A stretch of DNA of 32,000 nucleotides from Desulfocapsa sulfexigens DSM 10523 (GTDB taxonomy: Bacteria > Desulfobacterota > Desulfobulbia > Desulfobulbales > Desulfocapsaceae). Within the stretch, counting starts at the first letter, position 1, and every line of letters starts with the position of its first letter. Positions 25,634-32,000 of this stretch are shown in pieces. Under the pieces are notes generated by a model that was given only the letters and a program-made list of their open reading frames with translations, was not told where the DNA came from and did no database searches. The position numbers and the translations under genes were made by a program. Location of the stretch: positions 2,610,001 to 2,642,000 of the forward strand of contig NC_020304.1 in NCBI RefSeq assembly GCF_000341395.1. Reading direction: 5' to 3'.

Positions 25634-26202
25634 CAGGTAACCTTGAGGAGTTCATGAATGCGGTTGCTGCAGAGTAACTCCATATGTTTTTTTATTGTAT
25701 CTTCAGGCCAGTTCCACCAGCTCATTTCCAGAAGAGCATTACAGGTCTCCTGATCAAAGCGGGTCCTCAGTAACCGGGCAGGATTTCCAGCAACTATTCC
25801 GTAGGGGGGGATGTCCTGATTGACCACACTGCAGGCACCGATTACTGCACCGGAACCGATGGTTAAACCGGAGAGGATGGTTGCCCCGTGACCAATCCAG
25901 ACATCATGGCCAATGGTCAAGTCTCCTTTGGTTCCGGGGTGGCCATTGATGTCCTTCGCTTCAGGCCATCTGGAGGAAAGGGCCGGGAAGGGGTATGTTG
26001 TGATCCAGTCAATTCGATGATTTCCTCCAAGGATGATAGTGACTTTTGAGGAGATGGAACAAAACCTCCCGATGGTCAAGCGGGTGTTGTCACCGTAGGT
26101 GCGGATATCAGGCTTGCCGTAGGTGTGTTTTCCGATACTAAAGAGTGGATTGCTGAACTGTTCCCTGGTGGCAGGTGGTTTTTTGGGTGAGCTAAAAAAC
26201 AT
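25633..26202 (-). CDS. Hexapeptide-repeat O-acetyltransferase of the XAT (CatB/Vat-like) class
   Basis: 189 aa. XAT signature GGNHRIDWITTYPFP, followed by left-handed beta-helix hexapeptide repeats (IGHDVWIGHGATILSGLTIGSGAVIGACSVV) and GNPARLLRTRF. Confidence 0.85.
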   Translation of the reverse strand: MFFSSPKKPPATREQFSNPLFSIGKHTYGKPDIRTYGDNTRLTIGRFCSISSKVTIILGGNHRIDWITTYPFPALSSRWPEAKDINGHPGTKGDLTIGHDVWIGHGATILSGLTIGSGAVIGACSVVNQDIPPYGIVAGNPARLLRTRFDQETCNALLEMSWWNWPEDTIKKHMELLCSNRIHELLKVT

Positions 26203-26214
26203 AACTGACGAAGT

Positions 26215-26949
26215 TTAGTTAAGTTGAACTTTAAAAACAAATTGCTTGGTAATAAAGTTTTTAAAAAGATCAGTATAGCTTTTGCGTAATCGCATCCCGA
26301 CAAAAGGGATCAGACGAAGAAGATCGGAGGGTGCAAGGATACGGGTATCGAAGAGTATTTTAAATGGGCAGATGTCCTCAAAGGAATAGGCGAAATCAAT
26401 TACCTTGAAATCACATTGTTCAAGGAGTTCCCGGAAACTCTTGATAGTGAAGAATCTCAGATGACTATGGTCAAATATGCCATAGTCTTCGTATTTCCAG
26501 GTTCCGCCAAGGAGCCGAAAACGGCATCTCCAGTGGGCAATGGAACAGGTTGAAATGACCAGGCTGCAGTCGGAGTGCATCCACTGCTTGAGGTGGTTTA
26601 ACGTGACTTCAGGGCGTGCAATGTGTTCTATAACCTGAGACATGAAAATTATCTGGAAAGGACCGTGTTCCCTAACGTGGCGGTTGATCTGTTCACTGAT
26701 TGCCTGGTCTTCAATCGTTCCACACAGAATGGCAAGGCCGCGTTCCTCAGCTGATACAGCAGACTCTTTTTCAGTTTCTAGTCCCAGAAACCGGCAACCT
26801 TTTTTCTGCACCAGATATTCCCCCATATATCCAGTGGCACAGCCAATTTCCAGGACATGGCTACCGGGAGGGATCATGTCCAATTGAATTTTGTCAATGT
26901 TGTTCGGTTTGAGTCCTTCGTAGACGAAAGTCTCCTTATGGTACTTCAT
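26215..26949 (-). CDS. Class I SAM-dependent methyltransferase
   Basis: SAM motif I VLEIGCATGYMG, acidic post-I residue (FLGLETE) and motif II/III FQIIFMSQVIEHI. The ATG at 26949 forms an ATGA overlap with the kinase stop and is preferred over the track start at 27003. Confidence 0.8.
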   Translation of the reverse strand: MKYHKETFVYEGLKPNNIDKIQLDMIPPGSHVLEIGCATGYMGEYLVQKKGCRFLGLETEKESAVSAEERGLAILCGTIEDQAISEQINRHVREHGPFQIIFMSQVIEHIARPEVTLNHLKQWMHSDCSLVISTCSIAHWRCRFRLLGGTWKYEDYGIFDHSHLRFFTIKSFRELLEQCDFKVIDFAYSFEDICPFKILFDTRILAPSDLLRLIPFVGMRLRKSYTDLFKNFITKQFVFKVQLN

Positions 26950-27701
26950 AATGATACCTTTTGATAATCTGGACCGCTTATGGTGATATTTTTTTCCAGA
27001 CAATACTGATCCAGTTGTTTCAGTAACTGTGGCAGCAGATTTTCGGGTGCATTAAAACAAAGATCTTTCCTGAATCCTCTGATGTCACGGTTTTTCATTG
27101 ATTTGGGTTTGTACCAACTTCTTTTTCGAACATCATCAAAATCTATCAGGTAGAGTTTGTTCTCACTGAAGATAAAATTTGCCAGCCGGATATCACCATG
27201 GATTAAGCCAAGAGTCTGAATAGTATCGATGGTGTTCAGCACTGCGGCGATAACTTCCGAAGCTTCTGCAGGAGAATTGCTTAGTTGCCTGAGATACTCT
27301 TCCCCCTGAATCCCTTCCACGTATTCATAGAAAAAAAAGGAAATTCTCCGAAACGGACCAAACCGTTTTTCAAGACAGGCAACAGGATGAGGAATGGAAA
27401 TATTTTTGTTTATCAATAGTCTGGAGTAGTACCAGCTTTTACTTGATTTTGTTTGACGGAAGTAACGTTTGAATTGCTGCCAGCGTGATTTGAAATTGTG
27501 TCGTTTAATAACAAGTTTTTTTCCATTTACCGTAATCACACCAATTCTTGATTTAAAATTATCCTGAAGAATTATGGTCGTTGGTGAGAAAAGGTGGAAA
27601 TCGGGATCGTTGAAAATATTCTCCAGTTCTGGTGTGTAGAATTTTTTGTCACAGAACAGGCAAATATTGAAATTCTTTTTTATGAATAAATTATCAGTCA
27701 T
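26946..27701 (-). CDS. Lipopolysaccharide kinase (Kdo/WaaP family, protein-kinase-like fold)
   Basis: VAIK-like LVIKRH, catalytic loop LIHGDIRLANFIF, DFG-like LIDFDD. The start overlaps the waaL-like stop by 8 nt. The ATG at 27701 is preferred over the TTG at 27704. Confidence 0.8.
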   Translation of the reverse strand: MTDNLFIKKNFNICLFCDKKFYTPELENIFNDPDFHLFSPTTIILQDNFKSRIGVITVNGKKLVIKRHNFKSRWQQFKRYFRQTKSSKSWYYSRLLINKNISIPHPVACLEKRFGPFRRISFFFYEYVEGIQGEEYLRQLSNSPAEASEVIAAVLNTIDTIQTLGLIHGDIRLANFIFSENKLYLIDFDDVRKRSWYKPKSMKNRDIRGFRKDLCFNAPENLLPQLLKQLDQYCLEKNITISGPDYQKVSL

Positions 27702-28899
27702 CAAGAGAAGTGGGCTGTGAAAAATCTTTATACAATATGGCGCTGAAAAGAGAAAAAAGCAATCCGGTTACATGTATTTGAAGGTATGATTCACCCAGCA
27801 TAATCACAAGAAAAAATAGGGGAAAGGCCTGGCGTAAAGGCGTGAGAGAATCTTTTATCCTGCCGGCTACTACAAGTTGAGAGATGAAAATAGCTATCAA
27901 ACTGATAATACCGAAAAGGCCAAGTTGTGATGCTGTCAGTAAATATTGATTGTGAGGATTATCTGTGGTTGGCAGAGTCGGGGAGTTTGTCTTGTTGATT
28001 TTTGCATATTCAGCAGGGTAATCACCGGTTCCCACGCCGATGAGAACGTTGTTCTTTATTAGCTGGCAAGTATTTTGAGCGAACCAGACTCTCAGACCGA
28101 CGGAGGAGGTGTTGCCGCAAAGGCGATGATTCTGCATTTCCGTATATGCCTGATCTGTACGAACTCTGAATGTGGAGGAAGAAAAATAGGTTGCTGTTAT
28201 TAAGAGCGGTATAAGCAGAAGGCCTGTTATGAGTTGCAGTTTTGACCGGCGGTAAAAGTATTGAAAAACCGTTATCGCTATAAAGAGAAAGAAGGCTATC
28301 TGTCCGGTGCGGCCGACTGTGATAAACATGGTGACAGAGAAAAAGAGGAGCAGGGCAGACTGCAGGTACTGAGCAATGGGTTTGTTGCTGGCAAAGAGCA
28401 GATTCTGCAGGAGGATATAACATGCCAGGGCCAGCATTGGACTGTAGGTCACATGAGATGTACCCTCGGTAAGAAAAACGGAGGAGGGTGGAAGGGTGAT
28501 TATGCCAAGCAAAACCATGTAGGCTTTACAGGCTCTCAGGAATATGGCGAAGATAAAGGCTGCCATGTAGTATTTCACATGCTCTTTCTTTACCAGAGTG
28601 AGTAAGACGGGGAAGAGCAGCAACTTCCATTGTTTTTTTAGAATATGAAGCCCAAGAGCCAGGTCTTCACTCCAGAGTAGCCCGATGATATGAAGAGCGA
28701 TGAAGAGGAGAACGGCGACAGCGACGGGGTTAAGACGTATTTCGTTAAGTTTTTCCTTCAGTCCCCCCGACAGCATCCAGAAAAGAAGGAGAAGTACTGC
28801 CAGAACTGATCCTGCAGATGTCGAAAGTGGAAATGCGAATGCAAATAGAATGAGGAGTGGTGAGGTCGCTGCCACTATCTTTTGGTTAAGTGAATTCAT
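27694..28899 (-). CDS. O-antigen ligase family membrane protein (WaaL / Wzy_C domain)
   Basis: 401 aa with about 10-12 TM segments. The large periplasmic loop carries GVGTGDYPAEY...DNPHNQYLLTASQLGLFG, the HN-x-YL motif typical of O-antigen ligase/polymerase proteins. Confidence 0.75.
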   Translation of the reverse strand: MNSLNQKIVAATSPLLILFAFAFPLSTSAGSVLAVLLLLFWMLSGGLKEKLNEIRLNPVAVAVLLFIALHIIGLLWSEDLALGLHILKKQWKLLLFPVLLTLVKKEHVKYYMAAFIFAIFLRACKAYMVLLGIITLPPSSVFLTEGTSHVTYSPMLALACYILLQNLLFASNKPIAQYLQSALLLFFSVTMFITVGRTGQIAFFLFIAITVFQYFYRRSKLQLITGLLLIPLLITATYFSSSTFRVRTDQAYTEMQNHRLCGNTSSVGLRVWFAQNTCQLIKNNVLIGVGTGDYPAEYAKINKTNSPTLPTTDNPHNQYLLTASQLGLFGIISLIAIFISQLVVAGRIKDSLTPLRQAFPLFFLVIMLGESYLQIHVTGLLFSLFSAILYKDFSQPTSLDD

Positions 28900-28929
28900 A
28901 TAAACTGAATGGTAGAAATGATTTGCTGT

Positions 28930-29571
28930 TTAACTTGTCTCGGTTGTGCTGTTTTTGCACTGGAAAATATAGAAGATATGATTGTCGTGTACCCTTTTTC
29001 GGTGGACAAGTAAATCATTCCTTTGGGCAAAGGTCTCGAAAAAATCTGGAAAGAAACGAAAACTATCAATGGGGTACCTGTGATAAACAAACCCTGGGGT
29101 TACCGTGTGCACCAGGAGATATCCGCCTGGACTCATGAGGCTGGCTAAAGAAACCAGATGTTCATAAGGGGTGATGAGGTGCTCGAGAATTGCCTGGCTG
29201 ATGATAAGATCAAATTTGCCGAGTTCAGGAGCCTTTTCTTCAAAATTCCAGAAGATATCGACATCCAGAACTCCGGTTGTGGTGACTTTACCAAGTGCCA
29301 TTATTTCTTTCAGTTTTACCGCTGCCTGTTTTGCCTCCCCGGCAAGCAATGTCCGTTTTGGCGCAGGGGAGAGTTTTTGAACCCAGCGAATGATCTCTCC
29401 ATGATAGTACCCGGATTCACTGTCAAGATCATGAAAAGTGTATTGGTCATAGTTGTTATGGTCAAACGGGCCATAAATTTTTTCCCACTGCAAAAGTAGC
29501 TGTTGTTCAGGGTTTTGACCTAGGATTCGCCTCAGGCATTGTTTTATGGATTTGAACTTGCTGATTGACAT
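28930..29571 (-). CDS. Methyltransferase-like protein (class I fold with degenerate SAM motif I)
   Basis: FDLIISQAILEHL and MSPGGYLLVHT resemble Methyltransf_11/23 motifs II-IV. The expected GxGxG motif I is replaced by TLLAGEAKQ. Confidence 0.45.
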   Translation of the reverse strand: MSISKFKSIKQCLRRILGQNPEQQLLLQWEKIYGPFDHNNYDQYTFHDLDSESGYYHGEIIRWVQKLSPAPKRTLLAGEAKQAAVKLKEIMALGKVTTTGVLDVDIFWNFEEKAPELGKFDLIISQAILEHLITPYEHLVSLASLMSPGGYLLVHTVTPGFVYHRYPIDSFRFFPDFFETFAQRNDLLVHRKRVHDNHIFYIFQCKNSTTETS

Positions 29572-29638
29572 GAAGTAGCCGGAGAACCGTAATTAAGTTT
29601 CGTATATGTGGTCAGGAAAGAAAGTGTGTGTTGTATTG

Positions 29639-31369
29639 TCAGTTCTGATATTGCATATTATAGAGGGTTTCATACTCGCCATTCTGGCTGAGAAGTGTGT
29701 CGTGGGTTCCCTCTTCAACAATCATTCCATCCTTAATAACAATAATCCTGTCGGCATTCTTGATGGTGGAAAGACGATGAGCAATAACAAGAGTGGTACG
29801 ATCTTTCATCAGGTTTTCGAGAGCTTTTTGCACCAGTCGTTCCGATTCTGTATCGAGTGCTGATGTAGCCTCATCCAGGATAAGAATGGGAGCATTTTTC
29901 AAGATAGCCCTGGCAATGGAGAGACGTTGCCTTTCACCGCCGGAGAGTCGTATCCCGGATTCACCGATAACTGTATCGAAACCTTCTGGGAGTTCCTGTA
30001 TAAAGTTGAGGGCATGAGCTGCATCGGCCGCTCTCTCAATATCTTCGTTCGATTTGTCCTGGTCACCATAGGCAATATTGGCACGGATGGTGTCGTTGAA
30101 GAGGATCGTCTGTTGGGTGACGATGGCAATCTGCCTGCGAAGTGATTCCAGGGTAACATCTTTGATGTTTACACCGTCAATAAGCAGAGAACCGTTTTCT
30201 ATATCAAAAAATCTTGGGATCAGACTGGTGAGGGTTGATTTTCCAGAACCACTGGGGCCAACAATAGCCAGGATTTCACCCGCTGGAACGCTGAGGTTAA
30301 TATCTTTCAGTATTGGAGATATACCATCATAGCTGAAATGTACATCACGAAGAGTTATTTCTTTCTGAAAAGGTGTAAGCTCGGCAGCATTTTCTTTCGA
30401 GAGGATGTCCGGCTTTTGATCAAGTAACTGGAAAATTCTCACCGCTGCGGCAAGCCCCTGCTGAATAGTTGCATTGATTTTACTTACTGCCTTGATGGGC
30501 TCATAAATCATTACCAGGGCCGTCAGGAAGGCAAAAAAAGTTCCCGGTGTGGAGTTGCCGGCGATAACTTCCTTACCGCCAAACCAGATTATAAGAGCCA
30601 TCCCAATACCACCAATTACTTCCATTAATGGATGTTGGATACAACGGTATTTTGCCTTTTCCATCATGGTGTTAAAAAGCATGTTTACCTGCACTGAAAA
30701 ACGGCTGGACTCGTATTTTTCCATGGTGAATGCTTTAACCACCGGGGCGCCGGTGATGGATTCGTGCATGGTGTTGGAAACATCAGCAATCTGTTCCTGC
30801 ATGGTGGTACTGATCCGGCGAAACGCCCTGCCGAATTTAACGATGGGTATGGCTGCCGATGGAAGAAAAACCAGAGAAAGCAGGGCCAGTTTCCAATCCA
30901 TGGTGAATATAACGATAAGCAGGAAGACAGCCTGTAAAAAATCACGCAGTAACCCGACAACCACCGTTGATATTGCGGCCTGCATAAAATTAATGTCAGA
31001 GATAACTCGGGAAATCAGCTCACCAGTGGGTGTTCTATGAAAGAATGAGAGTGATTGGAGATGGATATGCTCGAAAACTTTATTGCGCATATTACGGATT
31101 ACGGTTTGGCCAATTTTTTCGAGAAGGTAGAAATTTAGACCATAGAAAAAAGCTTTGACTGCAAACAGGAGGATAAGGGCAAGCGGGAGAATGGCGAGAA
31201 AGTAGGAACTTTTCTCGACAAAAATCTTGTCCAGCAGGGGTTTGACCATGTAGGCCTGAAGAGCACTCAACCCGGCAACGGCGAGCGCTGCTATCATGGC
31301 TATTGCAAACAGAGATGTGTAGGGGCGAATAAGAGCGTATAATCGCCTTAGGACTATTTTGTTAGGCAT
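29639..31369 (-). CDS. msbA: Lipid A export ABC transporter, fused permease/ATPase (MsbA-like)
   Basis: 576 aa. Six-TM ABC exporter domain, Walker A GPSGSGKST, signature LSGGERQRLSIARA, Walker B ILILDEATSALD. It lies directly downstream of kdsB in an LPS cluster. Confidence 0.85.
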   Translation of the reverse strand: MPNKIVLRRLYALIRPYTSLFAIAMIAALAVAGLSALQAYMVKPLLDKIFVEKSSYFLAILPLALILLFAVKAFFYGLNFYLLEKIGQTVIRNMRNKVFEHIHLQSLSFFHRTPTGELISRVISDINFMQAAISTVVVGLLRDFLQAVFLLIVIFTMDWKLALLSLVFLPSAAIPIVKFGRAFRRISTTMQEQIADVSNTMHESITGAPVVKAFTMEKYESSRFSVQVNMLFNTMMEKAKYRCIQHPLMEVIGGIGMALIIWFGGKEVIAGNSTPGTFFAFLTALVMIYEPIKAVSKINATIQQGLAAAVRIFQLLDQKPDILSKENAAELTPFQKEITLRDVHFSYDGISPILKDINLSVPAGEILAIVGPSGSGKSTLTSLIPRFFDIENGSLLIDGVNIKDVTLESLRRQIAIVTQQTILFNDTIRANIAYGDQDKSNEDIERAADAAHALNFIQELPEGFDTVIGESGIRLSGGERQRLSIARAILKNAPILILDEATSALDTESERLVQKALENLMKDRTTLVIAHRLSTIKNADRIIVIKDGMIVEEGTHDTLLSQNGEYETLYNMQYQN

Positions 31370-31542
31370 ATGCTAAATTAAAAAAAGAGACAGTTGGAAA
31401 TATGTGTAACGGGCACAAGAATCAATCACAGTTATTGTTCACAGCATCATAGTTAATGATAGATAAAAAACCATCTAATACTTTCACTCAAGGGGAGAAA
31501 GACAGTTGTTCATTTGAAGGCATGGAAGCAGATAGGGCTGAT

Positions 31543-32000
31543 TTACAGTGCTGCAGTATGTTTTTCGATATCGGTCGGATCATCTACACTTGGAGAATCA
31601 TGTTCCGTGACGGTTACCTGTATTTTGTATCCAGCTTCAATGGCACGTAATTGTTCAAGCTTTTCAATGTTTTCAAGTGATGAGTATGGCAGGTCGGTGA
31701 ATTCCTGGAGAAAAAGATTGGAGTAAGCATAGATCCCAATGTGTTTATAGTAGAGAGTGTCGTCTGTGTTGTCTCTGTTGAATGGAATTTTGGCCCGTGA
31801 AAAATAGATGGCAAAAGAGTTCCTGTCAAAAATGACTTTTACATTGTTGGGATTGTTTATCTCTTCTTCATTCGTGAGTTCATGGGCGAGAGTGCCCATG
31901 GTCAGTGCAGGAGTTTTTGTAAAGGCTCGTACCAGGTCATTAAGGCATTCCGGCTTCAGGAATGGTTGGTCCCCCTGAATGTTGATCACCACATCGTCTG
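31543..32000 (-). CDS. kdsB: 3-deoxy-manno-octulosonate cytidylyltransferase (CMP-Kdo synthetase), N-terminus outside the window
   Basis: The reading frame is open to the window edge. KdsB motifs: VINIQGDQPF, NPNNVKVIFD, AIYFSRAKIPFNRD, HIGIYAY, LEQLRAIEAGYKI. Confidence 0.9.
   Translation of the reverse strand, partial: DDVVINIQGDQPFLKPECLNDLVRAFTKTPALTMGTLAHELTNEEEINNPNNVKVIFDRNSFAIYFSRAKIPFNRDNTDDTLYYKHIGIYAYSNLFLQEFTDLPYSSLENIEKLEQLRAIEAGYKIQVTVTEHDSPSVDDPTDIEKHTAAL

Noticed and set aside
25633-26202. Calling the XAT acetyltransferase an acquired antibiotic-resistance determinant (catB/vat).
   Set aside because: It is translationally coupled inside an LPS biosynthesis operon with no mobile-element context, so a sugar O-acetyltransferase role is more parsimonious. 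It is kept as a finding only as an annotation pitfall.
31388-31508. 9-nt direct repeat AGACAGTTG at 31388-31396 and 31500-31508 in the kdsB-msbA spacer.
   Set aside because: The repeat is short, has only two copies and has no flanking symmetry. A chance occurrence in a 170-nt AT-rich spacer is plausible, and no further support was found.
1-32000. Search for CRISPR arrays, tRNA/rRNA genes, IS elements, integrases, prophage or defence-system genes (nucleases, helicases, cyclases, TIR/Sir2 and similar).
   Set aside because: No tandem repeat-spacer periodicity was seen. No intergenic region is long enough or shaped like a tRNA. No ORF has transposase, recombinase or defence-type motifs. The cNMP-binding domain of the PilB-like protein has no adjacent nucleotide cyclase, so a CBASS/Pycsar-like reading is not supported.

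Overview
This is a 32-kb chromosomal window with 27 protein-coding genes. I found no rRNA, tRNA, CRISPR array, transposase, integrase or phage genes. All calls rest on motif reading of the supplied translations and the DNA; no searches were run. The gene content (housekeeping NifU/NifS, formate-THF ligase, PEP synthase, a sigma-54 activator, mid-range GC) fits an anaerobic Desulfobacterota-type genome, but that taxonomic guess is weak.

Layout:
- 1-4.7 kb: 3' part of an NtrC-family sigma-54 activator, then nadK-proC on the minus strand, then a small plus-strand operon. That operon encodes a secreted MORN-repeat protein, a 58-aa Trm112/UPF0434 protein missing from the ORF track, and an MscS-type channel.
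- 4.7-9.3 kb: an OFA-type MFS transporter, then an orphan MBOAT + AlgJ/AlgX-like O-acetylation pair.
- 9.4-19 kb: central metabolism, namely ppsA, a phosphohexomutase, a tightly coupled nifU-nifS-thyX unit, and fhs.
- 19.2-21.4 kb: a monocistronic PilB/GspE-type ATPase with an unusual C-terminal cyclic-nucleotide-binding domain.
- 21.4-32 kb: an LPS core/lipid A cluster. It holds GT90, GT9 heptosyltransferase and two GT2 genes, an XAT-type acetyltransferase, two methyltransferase-like genes, a Kdo/WaaP-family kinase, a WaaL-type ligase, msbA and a partial kdsB.

I do not see a convincing new multi-gene system such as a defence island, toxin-antitoxin pair or secretion apparatus. The best novelty candidate is the orphan PilB-like ATPase with MshEN-like and cNMP-binding sensor modules. 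Secondary points are the decorated LPS-core operon, the nifUS-thyX coupling, the MORN-Trm112-MscS operon and a few structured or repeated non-coding elements.
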